The notes: generated by a model not told the origin, from the sequence alone. Counted from the stretch's first letter, positions 29,985-44,037 are shown. The stretch is DNA of 64,000 bases from the human T2T-CHM13v2.0 reference genome, Homo sapiens (GCF_009914755.1 NC_060927.1), one strand, 5' to 3'. Numbers and translations: made by a program.

Positions 29985-30717
29985 TAGTCGCCCTTTATAC
30001 GTGGGGATATGTTCCAAGACCCCAGTGGATGCCTGAAACCTCAGATAGTACCAAACTTCATTGCTGTCGGTTGAAACACATTTCTCATGTCTTCCACTCA
30101 TGTATTTAATGCCTTTTCCATCTTAACTAATAGGCATTTATCACGTTTCTTTTTCCTTCTTTATAATTTCATAGATAGAACATCGTTTCTTACCATAGTA
30201 ACCTCAGCGTAGGATTTTTCCTTTCCTGTTCAAGTTAAGAACGTTTATCTTTTCACTTAAAGAAAGCAGTTTATGCCTTCTCTTTGGCATATTTAAATTG
30301 CCAGCATCATTTGCACTTTGGGGCTATTATTAAATAAAATAAGAGTTACTTGAACACAACACTGAGATATCCTGATAACTGAGATCTGGTAACTGAGATG
30401 GCTGCCTAAGTGACTAAAGGGCAGATAGTGTACACAATGTAGATGCACTGGGCAAGGGGATGATTTACGTCCTGTATGGGCTGGAGTAGGGTGGTAGGAG
30501 GTTTCATCATGCTACTCAAAATGGTGTGCAGTTAGGTTGGTACAAAAGTAATTGTGGTTTTGCCATTTTAATGACAAAAATCACAATTACTTTTGCACTA
30601 AATTAGTATATGAACTGTTTATTTCTGGAATTTTTCATTTAATATTTTTGGGCTACAGTTGACCTCAGGCAACTAAAACCTCAGAAAGGGAAATTGTGGA
30701 TAAGGGAAGGACTACTA
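29985..30717 (+). mobile_element. MER44-family (Tigger7-derived, TcMar) element
   Basis: tagtcgccctttatacgtggggatatgttccaagacccc..gatagtacc at 5' end; gtggataagggaaggactact at 3' end. Confidence 0.8.
30532..30606. mobile_element. MADE1 (Hsmar1 MITE) nested in MER44
   Basis: ttaggttggtacaaaagtaattgtggttttgccatt..aatgacaaaaatcacaattacttttgcactaaattag palindrome. Confidence 0.9.
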
Positions 30718-31364
30718 TAAAATGAAATTTAAACATTTAGCATGTAACCAATTTAAATATTTACAAAATCGTATGGACAACTCAGTTTTCTTTTCCTGCT
30801 CAACAATACTTTACATTATAATGTACTGTTTATCATTTGCATCATGAAACATTTTTATTCACATTAATATATTGCTAGTGTGGAAATGGAAGAAGAAAAC
30901 AGTTGATGTCAGACTCTTCCTCACTTTTGCTGAAGGGATTGCATCTTTATTTGGCATTTGAGTTGAGAATTGTGCTCCTTACTACTACGCAGGAGGCCAC
31001 TTTTAACTGCTCCCTTCTCTTGAACATTACAATACTTTAGAGCATGAAAAAAGCAAACTATCTCTATGTGAACTATTACTACTCCACTGATAAAATGCTG
31101 AAAGAAATATTACCGTCATATACAAGTCTAAAAAAAATTGCTGCAGATAAAGTCTTATGAAACTCCATTAATGTAGTTTCACAGGGATTCTTAGCTTATA
31201 GCTTACAAAATAAAAAGGATTGTCAAAATACCAAGCTTGGAAAATCATGTTCCTGTTATAGAAAACATAAACATTCCTACAGACTAGAATTCTTACCAAT
31301 TTCTTTGTCTAATTAACCACATTCTGTCATAACGGAAAACGGATAAAAAGGAATGAAGCTAGCC

Positions 31365-31500
31365 TTTTATTTTATTTTCTGTTTTGAGTTGGGGTCTTTC
31401 TATGTTGGTCAGGCTGCTCTTGAACTCCTGGGCTCAAGTGATCCTCTTGCCTCAGCCTCCTGAGTAGCTGGGACTACAGGTGCATGCCACTGTGCCCAGC
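31365..31500 (-). mobile_element. FLAM_A-like monomer
   Basis: Single arm with gaactcctgggctcaagtgatcc..gagtagctgggactacagg. Confidence 0.85.
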
Positions 31501-31637
31501 TCTGCCCATTTAATGTATTGATGAGGAAAAATAGTAGTGGATGAGTTTGTGCATTCTGTGAATAGGAGCATATGGTCAGCAGTTACTTCTCAAAGTTCAT
31601 CCTAAGATCTACAGGTGGACAGAGAGGAGAATAAATG

Positions 31638-31640
<3 letters not shown>

Positions 31641-31674
<34 letters not shown>
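31641..31674. repeat. (CA)17 microsatellite
   Basis: Perfect CA run. Confidence 0.98.
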
Positions 31675-31675
<1 letters not shown>

Positions 31676-31869
31676 CTCAGGCCTTTCAGTACTATAATTA
31701 AGTACAGGAATTCATTTATTATCCACTTAAATAGAAAGCCACATTCCCTATCAAATTACAGTAGCCTTTAAAGCTTCAAATTCACTTTTTAATAGGCCAG
31801 ACTTCCTTCCCTCCCTTTTTTCATCCTCTCCTCCTTTCTCCTTCCTTCCCTCCTTCTTTCCTTCTTCTA

Positions 31870-32320
31870 CCAGTATTTATTGGGTACTTAAGGCTATTCT
31901 GGGTACTAGGGATACAGCTGTGAACAAGTTAGTTTTCAATGAGTTTATGTTTGAGTTTGAAGAGACAGGCTGTAATCAAACAAATAAATAAGAAAATAAT
32001 CAGATGTGAAGATGTGCTCTGTAGATAATTAAAATGGAATTCTGCTAAAGAATGACTGGTATGTTCCTTTAGAATGGTTGACTAGGGAAGGCCTTTCTCA
32101 GATGGTTATATTTAAGCTATGGGCTTGAGTGTCTTAGAAGGAATCATCATGTTACTGTCTCTGGGAAGAACATTCTAGGCTAAGGAACCAGCTAGTGCAG
32201 AAGGCAGGAACCCACTTTGCCCACCAGGTAACAGGAGAAAGATCAAGAAGCTAGTAGAGTATGGTGAAAAGGTAAGTCTAGAGAAATGAGCAGGAGTTAG
32301 AATACAAAACACTTTGGAGG
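31870..32320 (-). mobile_element. L2 3' fragment
   Basis: cagtatttattgggtactta..ggtactagggatacagctgtgaacaag..agggaaggcctttctcagatgg..gggaagaacattctaggc. Confidence 0.75.
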
Positions 32321-32725
32321 CTAAGAATTATGGATGAAAAGAAAACAAGAATAATGTAGCAGCTACTGGTTATTGACTCACTTTATGCCAAATACTATAA
32401 GCACATTACCTTACAATCTTTAATTCTCACATTTGCTTAGGTTAGTGTTGTCACCCCCACGATTCAGGTGAGAAAACCAAAACTCAGAATCCGTTTGCTC
32501 AAGATCACCTTGTATGTGAAAAGGTAAAAACGTGGGATTTTATTTGCGCTCTTGTCTGATGGCCTTCAAAACCTGTGCTCCCAACTTACTATGCTGTAAA
32601 GAAGCTATATCGTTCTAACTTTCTCCTCCTGTCCCATTCTTCCCTTAATTAATATCTTCTTCAATTATATTGGTCCTGGGACATAGCCAGAGAACTTCAT
32701 TATATATACATATGTATAAATATAT

Positions 32726-32879
32726 ATTTTTAGGTGGAGTCTTGCTCTGTCGCCTAGGCTGTAGTCCAGTGGCCCTATTTTGGCTCACTGCAACCTCTGC
32801 CTCCTGGGTTCAAGCAGTTCTCCTATCTCAGCCTCCCGAGTAGCTTGGGACTACAGGCATGCACCACCATGCCTGGCTA
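32726..32879 (-). mobile_element. AluS right arm abutting the next Alu
   Basis: Single right monomer ending cctggcta before a long poly-T. Confidence 0.85.
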
Positions 32880-32880
32880 C

Positions 32881-33185
32881 TTTTTTTTTTTTTTTTTTTT
32901 TTTTTGTGAGATGGAGTCTCGCTGTGTCACCCAGGCTGGAGTGCAGTGGGGCATCTCAGCTCTCTGCAACCTCTACCTCCTGGGTTCAAGCAATTCTCCT
33001 GTCTCAGCCTCCCGAATAGCTGGGATTACAGGCGTGCACTACCACGCCCGGCTAATTTGTGTATTTTTAGTAGAAATGAGGTTTCACCATGTTGGCCAGG
33101 CTGGTATAGAACTCCTGACAGGTGATCCACCTGCCTCAGCCTCCCAAAGTGCTGGGATTACAGGCGTGAGCCACCGCGCCCGACC
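32881..33185 (-). mobile_element. AluSx-like, full length
   Basis: Poly-T plus full reverse dimer. Confidence 0.93.
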
Positions 33186-34570
33186 CCAATCTTATATTTG
33201 GTTTTATTTCTCCCATTTGTCTCTCTAAATCCCTTAGTTGATAAGTTAATTACACTATCTTTGTTTGAAAAGAATATAAACTTAGAACAAGACTAGAACA
33301 TTATGAAACAACTTCCACGTAATGTCACACCAGGACAAGTTATTATCAAGTGATCTTACGTGATAGTCACTAGTACTTCAGGAGATAAGTTTGCCGGAGG
33401 AAGTATATCAACAATTTACTAAAAAACCATTTTGGCCAGAATGGTTTCAAAGTTTTTAGTTCCATTAAAAACTAGTGGACATTTCCCAAAAACTAGTACT
33501 AGATGAGTGTCAGGGTTGATTAAAGTTTAGAAATTGTTTTAAGAACTTTAATTCAGCTGATATTTAGTTGCTAGCCCACATGTCCTGAAGATTTTCAACC
33601 ATCTTTGGTTTGGAAATTATTTGCAAATAACATATGATCACCTTTTATTAGGTATTTAGAAAAAATAACTTCATCTGACATTTGTCTCTAGGTATATGGT
33701 TGTGATGTCATCAGGGTTACAATACAATAAATACTCTAGTTATATGTTTTAAATAGGAATATATAGCAGTAGTACAAAGTCTCATTTTTATTTCAGTAAC
33801 TTTTCAGAATGTTGCCATCTGATCTAGCTCAAGACCCTTAGTTTGTGACACTCACTTGAATACTTAGGAAAAGTCTATGGCTTTGATCTGATGCCTGTTT
33901 GGGCATCAAACCAGAGATGTGGTTGAGTCCCAACCAGAGTTTAACCACAGCTCAACCACCCTTGACATCCTTTGACATACCTTAAGCTTTATGGGCCAAA
34001 GGCTGCTTGAGGAGGGGAGTACATGGCAGCCTCAGGGGCAGATTGAGTGCTGCTTTTAGAAACTGAGGGACAGGCTGATCTGCCTAGAATATATTGGATC
34101 TTGCTATGTAAATGGTTTGTATACATTCAGAATCAAATTAACAAAAGATAAAAAAGACTAGTGAAATTGAAATTATTTGACTTCTTGAACAAATATAATT
34201 ATTTTTGCACAGTTACCACTAGTACTTTGCAATACTTGATCTAAGCATTCAAACACCACCCCTGTGGGCAGAATTTTATGGACACTGCAGTGACTGTCAA
34301 AAACATGAAAATTTCACATCTTCCCAACATTTTCAGTTTCACTTCTCCATTAATAGTCACTACCTTATTTTTAAAATCAAACCTTGTGTTGTGTTTAGCT
34401 GTTTGTAAATTGCCTACGTCAAACGATACAACACTCTATTGGAAAGTTCTTTGTTGGTTCTGAATATACATACTTGGCTTTTCATGGAATAATGCTGCAG
34501 CCACATAACAGAACTCTGTCATCAGTGTTTTAAATCCTGAGTGATTATATGCATTAAATGTCATTGTAGG

Positions 34571-34858
34571 GGCTGGGCACAGTGGCTCATGCCTGTAATC
34601 CCAGCACTTAGGGAGGCCAAGGCGAGTGGATCACCCAAGGTCAGGAGTTCAAGACCAGCCTGGTCAACATGGTGAAACCCGGTCTCTATTTTCAAAAATG
34701 CAAAAATTAGCTGGATGTGGTGGTGCACGCCTGTAGTTCCAGCTACTCAGGAGGCTGAGGCTTGAGAATTGCTTGAACCCGGGAGGTGGAGGTTGCAGTG
34801 AGCCGAGATTGCCTGGGCGACAAAGTGAGATTCCGTCTCCAAAAAAAAAAAAAAAAAA
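34571..34858 (+). mobile_element. AluSx-like with short right-arm deletion
   Basis: gagattgcctgggcgac lacks the gccactgcactcca segment; TSD core cattgtagg. Confidence 0.93.
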
Positions 34859-37324
34859 GCCATTGTAGGATAGTAGTAATTTTAAAAACATAGAGGACAA
34901 ACAAAAAGTACTTTCTACTTCAATCCAAGATGAAGAATTAACCATGTCAGTAACGAAAAGGTGGACCATTGCAGCATCTGTCATTATTGTTTCTCATTTT
35001 GCCTTCTTCTTCCTGTCTTCTCCCCATTGCCATCTCATTTTCTCTGCAGCCATGAGCAGGAACTGTATGCAAAGTACAAAAGACTGTATTCCTGAAACAG
35101 AACTTGTTGACCCCATTTTCTTGACTCTTATTTGACATTGCTTTCTAAGAGAAGGGTTTTGGATTACACACTCACACACACACACATATGTACACATTCA
35201 TAGTAATAAATGTATTTATCAACTCAGTTGCAATGAGATTCTGCTTGTTGGAATATCATATAATAAATAGCTATATTGGTATTTATTGAACATTGGCTTT
35301 TTATATGACTGCAATAAGATTTGATGCTAGTATTTTTAACTGTTGCTCCCTCTCTGCCTCCATGCTTAGCTGTTTAACATGACATTCATTCATCAAAAAT
35401 AAATGTCCAAGTCAATGGAGTGTTTCTGTAACAGATATTAGTCACCTTAAACTTGTTACTCATAGCCCATAAACTCTTATCATTCTTTCTCAGATAACCC
35501 AGTTGACCCTACATTAGTAGAAATTGAGAGCTCTGAGTTCATTTTTGTTGTTATTTGATGAATATATCACTTGGCTGACTATTAGGAATGTAGCATTTGG
35601 AATTGTATAAGTAACAGGTTAAGACTGTGTACTGATTTCCTTTTTAAAAATTCTGTTTTATGAGTTTGTTTATAGCAACACAAAGTACCTTCTTTTTGCA
35701 TAGCTTTTTGTTCATCAGCATTTTTTGCAATTTTAAAAAGCATGATTTTTATGCTTCATATTTAAAATAATCGCTAACTGTAGCGTTTAAATATTTGCCA
35801 ATGTATGTCTGTCTGTACTTAATACTCCTATGGCAACAGGCAGAGAGAATTTGCCTAGAAATTTCCATCACTTTTCTGCACTGTCAAATTATATTATGCA
35901 GTTACAAGTATATTGAATACAGGGAAATCTGAGATACAAGTAGTTAACACATTCTATTTCCCACTACTCTGTTCAGTTCAGCCACTTCGTTAGCATTCTG
36001 AAATTTGGCTTATATACTTTGACTCAGATGCGAAGGTGTTTTTCTGATACTGAAATGTGTGGAACAAAGCTGGAATTTAATTGACAGTTGCTGCTGCTGT
36101 AATCAGTGAATTTTTGAAAAATACAGCAACAGTTTGCTGTACAATATTTTTGGGTTTGCTTTCATTTTAAGATTTTTACACATGGGAAGTCATGCGAAAC
36201 AGTATAATGTGGTAGACCATTGTAGGTTTGAATTCCAAATATGTCTCTTAGCTTTTTACACTTGGTCAAAGCATTTATGCCTCTGAGCCTTTGTATCATT
36301 TTTTAAAAAATGCCAGTGATACACCTGCCTCACTGATTGTAAGAATGAAATGAGGTTATGTAAAACAACTAACACAGTGCCTAATGCTTTCATTTAGTCT
36401 TGAAGTCCCAGAGCTTGTTAGTGGCAGAGCCTGAAAAGCCAGCTCTTCTGACACACAGAAGTACTTTCTCAACCATGGCACACTGTCTATTATTTTTGGT
36501 TAGTAGGGAGTATGAGTACTGGCAGATGGTTATGCAGAGCTATGACTTTTTTCAGGTAATTTTTCCCCATAAAATTTTATTAGGGATTTTCCTCAAGAAT
36601 TCTAAAAAGTCACTCAAAGTCAGGTGAAAAGTGAGGGGAGGAGTATAGAGGTGTCCAGGCTTTTGACTGGGTGATTGAAGATAATGGGGCCATCCACTGA
36701 AATCTGAAGCACAGGAGGAAGAGAAGCAGTTCTAGTGAGATGGCAAGTTCATTTACCACACTCTTTAACATTTTGTTTAGTTTTAACCTTTATTTATGGA
36801 TAATAAAGGTTAATATTAATAATGATTTATTTTAAGGCATTCCCAAATTTGCATAATTCTCCTTTTGGAGATACCCTTTTATCTCCAGTGCAAGTCTGGA
36901 TCAAAGTGATAGAAATTCCATGCAGTGCTATCTCTGATGCCATGAATTGGTCACTAAGAAGAATTGACTTTTCCATTGAGTTTCCCATAACTAGGGCCAA
37001 GTTAAAATCTCAGCCTTTTCTAATGACATTTTTCTCCATGAAGATCTTCTCAGTTGTGAAGAATATGTGTTTGTTAAAAAGTAAATGAAAAATTAAAACA
37101 ATAGCCTGAGTATAAAACTGGGTTACTTAAAAGTACTTGTAGTTTTACATTGACTGCCTGGAACGCAGAATTATAAAGTAAAAGACAGTGTTAGACAATA
37201 TTTCCAAGGCTCTCCAGTTTGTAAAGATTTGTTAATGGATCTCCCAGTTCCCTTCCTGTTTCTTTCTCTTGCTGCCTTCCTTTTCTGATTCTCTTTTTCT
37301 CTTTCTTTTTTATTTCCACAAATA

Positions 37325-37560
37325 ATGCAGCATACTGGAAAGGGCAGGTCAGGACAGCCTAGGTTCAGAATCTGGCTTTCACATACTACTTGTATGACCT
37401 CGAACTGATATGTTTAACTCTTTGACCAAACCTCCATTTGCCAGTCTGTAAAATCGCAAGACTAATACCTACCCTAATGAGGTTATTGGGAAAAATGAGA
37501 AAACAGATTTAAAGAACTCATCTAGTTAGTAAGTAGTAGTTTTTAATATTGTTGTTATGT
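37325..37560 (+). mobile_element. MIR
   Basis: cctaggttcagaatctggctt..tgtatgacctc..tctgtaaaat..taatacctacc. Confidence 0.65.
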
Positions 37561-38649
37561 ATCCGCTTGAAACTGTAGAGAGAAATAAGACATAGTAAAA
37601 CTTAAATAAGTAAATGTAGTGATTTATGGGTTCCTAGGTGGAAAGATTTTGGTTAAAGAGAAGATTGAAACTAATAGTTAAAATGGGTTTTCTAAAAGAT
37701 TATCTTTGAGGTTATCCCTCTTAACCTTGTGTTCTGTGACCATGACAATTGACTGTAAGGAAGATGGAATGAGGAAACAATTCTCCTGCCAACATAAAGA
37801 AAATCTGTATGCCCAGAGGCATGCATATCCAGCCGTGTTGGAGAAAGTGCTTTAAAATTCAGCCAGCAACACTTGATACCTCCCTATTGATGAATTGCTT
37901 GCTAAACTGTGCCACAGAGTATTCAACTTAATTCACTTAGCTCTCTTGGCACAGCTTCTTTATGAAGTCAGTGTCCCCCATGAGGAGGGCAGGGGCTGGG
38001 GTGTGGAAGGGTCCACAGGAAAGCCCATTCCAAATTGTAAAGCAATCATATTTGGTGATACTTTTAATTCATTGGATTATTCCCTTCCCCAGTTCCCCAA
38101 GTATTTTGGAGACAAATTTTTCTTCAGCTTCACATGTTGAAGATATTCTCCAAAGATGTCATCAAGAAGGTATAGTCTCCCTTTTTCTCTTGAGAACCCT
38201 GACTTTCAGAATGGCCTGGAAAAAAAAAAGGTCTTGACCACTGTGCAGGTGAGCATCAAGCTTTACACATTTTTTTCCCCATTTTTTTTCTGGAAAGAAT
38301 AAAAAGATTCAGATGACATCTGAGACAACCTGGTATAAACAGCCCTAGTCTAGCTGCTACACAGCTGCTTAGTTCTGGTTCTGTGACCTTAGCTAAGATC
38401 CCAGTGTCCACAAATGTAAATGATATATTGACATCTTGACATCTTGATTAATTGGAGGGTTTTTTCTGAAATATTTTAAACTTTTAATTCTGAAAATGTT
38501 CAAACATACACAAATGTAAAGAATTGATCCCCTGCTCCCGTACTCATCCCTCTTCTTTCACTACCGTCAACATTTGCTACATCCTTTATCTCCTCTGCGC
38601 CCCTCCCTCTACTTTTTATGGTTTGTATGTTTGTTTTGGGAGGAGTGCA

Positions 38650-38677
38650 TGTGTGTGTGTTTGTGTGTGCATGCGTG

Positions 38678-38720
<43 letters not shown>
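38650..38720. repeat. Compound (TG)n microsatellite inside an old L1MC-like remnant (~38465-38790)
   Basis: Directly visible TG run. Confidence 0.95.
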
Positions 38721-38722
<2 letters not shown>

Positions 38723-40655
38723 TATTTCAGAGAAAATCCCAGGCTTTATGCCGTTTTACTCCTAAACCTCTGTACATCTCAAATAAAACCTAAAACTTTG
38801 AGGTCTGTTACCTCTGCCTCTGCTTACCCTTCTGGGAAATAGTTACCAATAATATAGGAAATATAAAAAATTCTGTTTCCCAAAGATTTCTGATTCTGTA
38901 ATAGTCCTGTTTCAGTAATTCTTAATTTGAAGTTTATAGAAATTAGTGGGTATTGGAACCTTCTGAAATGAAATACAGATACTTACCTTTATGTGTAATT
39001 GTGCTTCTGGTGGGGGCGGGGGAGATGGGCTTTTATTAAAAAATACAATGTCACTGAAGTAAATAAAACTTTTAATGAAGAATTTATTAAAAAATACACT
39101 AGCACATCATGATAGTGTTTTTGTAGAAGAAAAGTAAGCTGTGTCTAATTCTGTATTTAGTAAGCCAAAGCCATTTAGATATTAAATACATGCTTTACAC
39201 AGGTTTTTTAGAAAAGAATAAGTTCACTTATTTAGAGTTAGGTATATTTATGGCCTCAAGATAAAGTTGTTAGTCTCTTACAGTGTCTGTAAAGAAATAA
39301 GACTTTTCTCCTTTTTTTTGTGCTAATGAAATGTTTCCAAAGGACATTCATTTTAGTATTGACTTGGGTTTGATAATTTATTTGTTTAAAATTTGATATA
39401 ATTTATCTAGAAAATCTTTAAATCTGGATCACACTGGGCATCTAAACCTTTAAATTAAAATACATCCTGCAACTTTGGTCCTGCAGCAGTTTTTCTCAGT
39501 AGAGAATGAGGAATTAGCTTAAAGCTGGTAAGTGTGCCAACCCTAGGTTAAAGCTTTACATCTGTTAAAGTATATGACTCTGATGACTGGCTCCTGGAGG
39601 TCATAAATCTTCTTGCTAAGATATATAGGACCTGAATTTGAAGTGAACTTTTGGCAATTTAACACCAGAGTTGGAAATTAGACTAGTGAAGATGGTAAAA
39701 GCTGCTGCTCCCTGGAGCAGCTCTGAGCTGGCCCTCATAGGCTATCCATAAGTGTCACGATTCACAAAAAACTAGCAGAGTTTTTCCAGTACTGTAGTTT
39801 AATTTTTGTTTCTTTTGGGAGTATACTTGTTACTTGGAGTATTGGTTTATCATTTGTCAGTTTTTGTTCTTTTGCCTTACCTTGATTTAGTATCAAACAT
39901 GAGCAAATGCACAGGGTTGTATTAGCCTTTGAGTTTTATGTGACTCAAAGAAGAGCCCTTGTATTTGAATAATGCTTAATTCCTACTTCTGTGGGATGTT
40001 ATTAAATATGAGTACCCACAGTATCCAAAGCAGATTATTAATGATTATTACACCATGACAAGGGTGGTTCTCATCATACTTCATAATTAAAGAGGATGAT
40101 TCTGATGGCATTGTTGGGCTACATTCCTGACCATTGGCTTTACTTTCTCAGGAATAATAGAATGTGGATTGTGTTGCCATTCCTTTCTGCCATGTGCCTT
40201 GGGATGAATGTAGATAGACAACTGTGAAAAGATCAGTTTTTAAAAATTCAACACAACATCACTAAAGCAGAAAAAGCAGAGTGTTACACAGTTAGCTCTT
40301 AGAAAACAGGTATTTGGGTCACAGAAAGAAAACGTTCCATGGCTGTGATGTAATGCCAAACCAAAGTCAGCGTATTTTCAGGTACACACAAAATAATCAA
40401 GTATTAATATGATGTACAAAGAACATAGGAACCCTTTGGGTAGAAACTTCTAGATGTAACCTCATGACTACTGCCTGATTATCATGCTCTTACTGAGTAG
40501 GAGAAGACAATGTGTGGTTTCTCCTTCCAGTGAAATGTATACCCCATATATTTCCCCTGTAATTATAAAAGGCAACTGAGAAAATGGATGTTGTAATTAC
40601 TTCTGTATTTTGCATTCTTTGTACTATTACTGATGTGTGTTCTTCCTTAAGAATC

Positions 40656-41126
40656 TGTATTAATTTCCCAGGCCTGCTGTAACAAATTACACAAAATAGG
40701 TGGCTTAAAACAAAAGAAATTTATTCTCTTGCAGTTCCAGAGGCTAGAAGTCTGAAATCAAGGTATCAACAGGGCCATCAATGGGTCCCTCAGAAAGCTC
40801 TGTGGAAAAATCCTTTCTTGCCTCTTCCTGTCTTCTGGTGGCTGCTAGAAGTCCTTAGAGTTTTTTAGCTTGTATTGGTGTTACTCCAATCTCTGTCTCT
40901 GTCATCACACAGCCTTTTTCCCTGTGCTGTGTGTCTCTGATTCCAAATACTGTCATCTTTTCTCTTATACAGTCACCAGTTACTGGATGTAGAGCCCACT
41001 GTGATTTACTGTGACCTCATCTTAATTATACCTTAATTACCTGTTTTCAAATAAGATCACATTTGTGAGTTCTGGGGGTTAAGACTTGAACATATCTTTT
41101 TGAGGGACACAGTTCAACCCAGTATA
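40656..41126 (-). mobile_element. MLT1C/MLT1B-like solo LTR (ERVL-MaLR)
   Basis: tgtattaatttcc..ctgctgtaacaaattac..ggtggcttaaaacaa..gaagtctgaaatcaagg..gggacacagttcaaccc. Confidence 0.85.
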
Positions 41127-43747
41127 GAGGCCATGGTCATGGGTAAGCAGGAGGATAAGTTTTCAGTGTAGATTTGGAGTTATGGTTTTGGTATAATACT
41201 ATTAACCTGTTAATCACAGAATTTAAAAGTGTCTGTCAATTATCTGAAAATATAATGGGAACTCTTGTTAAGTGAGGGATGATTCCACTTTGTGTAGAAT
41301 ATTTTATTTGCTTAGTTTCTCTTCCTCTGCAGCATTTAAACAACAGTTTTAACCTTTAGGCTATCTTTTCTTGATTTTCCTCTTTTAAATTTTTCATTGC
41401 TCGCATACTTGAGATAGATTTCAAGCCTTAGAGCACATACTCTCATGTGTTGAGAGTAAAGATAGAGTGAGAGAGAACTTAGCTGTAAACCCTATTTAGC
41501 ATACATATAAAGTAACGAGGCATGTTTTTATGAATGTTCTAATAAGCCTTGCAGTTTATTATGAGGATTAGGGTTGAATAATGTTATTATAAAGTGTGTA
41601 TGTAGTACCTTCATCTTTTCTACTAATTTTATTCCCGAAATAACCCTGCGAAATTAGAATATGTATTATCTGCCCTTAAAAGATGGAAAAACAAGTGTAT
41701 GTAGAAGTAGTATGAATCCTGTCCAGTGTACAAAGTGGAGATATATGTAAATAAGGTAAAAGCAGAAAACATCAAATGTCCCCTACTCTCAAGACATTTA
41801 TAACTGAATGCAGGGTGCAGACAAGTTAACAAGCAATTCTGTCTGATGTAATATAACAGCAGAAGTGTCTGTAAGGTGTTTTGATAGCAAATGGGCATGG
41901 GAGAAGATGACAGAAAAAGAAGCAAAACGCTTGAAAAACACTTAAAGAAGCGACAGACTTTCTCCTTACTTTTTCCCTTTTTTTCTCATCCCCTCCTCTC
42001 CCTCCTCAAACTAGGGTATAGTTTGTAAATTTTTTAAAGTTCATTGAACAAATTAAAAAAAGAGAATGATAACTGCAGAATACTATAATGTGCTCTGGAA
42101 GATCAGGTGCAAATATTTCACATCACAGAACAAAAACATTAGGAAAGGGCAAGACAATGTCTGTTCCAGGCCTAAGGAAAAGCAGGATTCAGGCAGCATG
42201 CTCTTCCGCCTCAGTTGAGGCTGTGGGTTGAGCCCTCTCTGCTCCTGAACTGTTGATAAAAGTCAGGGTCAGCAAAGTCAGAAGCAGTTTGGCTGATGAT
42301 TGGGAGTCACTTGCGGTTGGGAAGATTGGACCCTGTAGGGGTCTAGAGACCTGTGCTCTAGATGATGCCTCCACATCTGCTGGTCTTTGTTTCAGGCTTC
42401 TAGACTTTGGGGAGAAAAGCAAGCCTTCTCCTTTACTCTGATGGTCCTTTGCCTCTTGCCTGATGACAAGTAAAATGAAACTCCACTCCTCTTCTTTCTC
42501 TTAGAGATCTCAGGATAATTCGAGACCTCACCTGTCTATCTTGGGTTATTGAGGACCTCCTGAGAGGAGCGAGGAGGTTTTGGGGGTTGAGGTCAAATTT
42601 ATATGTGCTAAATTAAACATTTTAAATTTCTCAATATTACAACTTTAAAATACTCCAATAATTTCTTCGTCTATAATTGTATGTCAAAAGCATGATAAAA
42701 ATGCCCTAGTTGTCTACTGGATAGCAATATCATCTTAGGCAAGCTACCTAAATTCTCATTGGCTCATTTCCTTCAACTAGAACGTTGAGATTGAGAGTCT
42801 GTGAAAATTAAGTACTTAGTGTAGTACATACTACCTTCTAAGGGTTCAGTGATTGTTAGCTATTGTTATAATTATTATGTGTGATGATTTGGTCAGTTTA
42901 TGAAGATCTTTGACACATATTTATTAACCATGAGTTATTAAAATTAATAGTTCTAATTGCAGTACAAACGAAATCACAGTTGCTTGTCTACAATGTATAT
43001 AAGTGTAGAGAGAAGTAGAGTTAATTGCATACTGACTGGTCATAAAATTAGCTGCTCTGATAATTAAGATTCTTGTGCAAGCAACACTTAGATGACAGTG
43101 TGGACCCCATATCTAGCCAACTGAGTACAAGGAAAAGTAGAAAGCTCCCCCCAAGATGGTGCAGAATTAGTTACCAGTTATAATCCCATATTTAAATAGG
43201 ATGTAATAATTAATGTATGTAAATGTAGACCATAGTCGATGAAATGCATTGTAATTATTTGTAATTTTCATTTTCACTGTCTTAAAACGTATTTGTGTTT
43301 TTAAAGAAAAGATAGTTGTCCTTGTTAAAAATTATTTTGCCTTATGAAGGACCTTGTTTGTATACTAGATCATTTTGGAAAGGTAAAGTTAAATTTCGTA
43401 GTAGTGACAGCAGCAAGACTAAATTGGTTTCAGAGCACTTTCAAAGGTGCAGCGCTCTTTGCAGTTGATGTTTCCTGCTAAGCATTTTTGAAGAGCTAAA
43501 ACTATTGAGCCACTCTTTGTGAAGTTAGAGGTAGGCTGCTAGTAGAATTCCTACTGGTTAGTAGAACAGTAAATTCAAACAGGTTGGAATGCCAGTTCTT
43601 CAAGATGTTTGGAAAATGCAGTTCAACTCAGAAACAGGACTTAAATTAAATTTGGACACCTGATTATTATTACCTTAGTTAAGAGTTCAGAAACAACTCT
43701 TCTTTCCTCATGCCTTTATTCAAGTACACTGACAACATACTTTAGTG

Positions 43748-43920
43748 CAGTGGTTCTCAAGGTATGGTTTAAGGACCCCAGCATCACCATTGCCTGGGAA
43801 CTTGTTAGGAATGTAAATCCTCAGGCCTCACCCCACATTTACAGAATTAACAACTTTGAGTGGGGAGCCAGAACCTTGTGTTTAACAAGCCTTCCTGGTG
43901 AATCTGATGCAGCTAAAGCA
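43748..43920. mobile_element. MER5A, one end truncated
   Basis: cagtggttctcaa..cagcatcaccattgcctgggaacttgttag..tgtgtttaacaagcc..ggtgaatctgatgca. Confidence 0.85.
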
Positions 43921-44037
43921 TTATCATTCCTTTTTATAATTGTTGGCCCTTATCCAATTTAAGGCAAATTTCAAGAAAAAACTGACAACCTAAAGAAGTA
44001 TTGTGTCATAGATGGGGAACCAAGATGCTTATTGAAA

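Noticed and set aside
39008-39030. G-quadruplex motif
   Set aside because: Only three runs of three or more G. The G-tracts at ~10415 and ~44080 are standard L1 3'UTR features.
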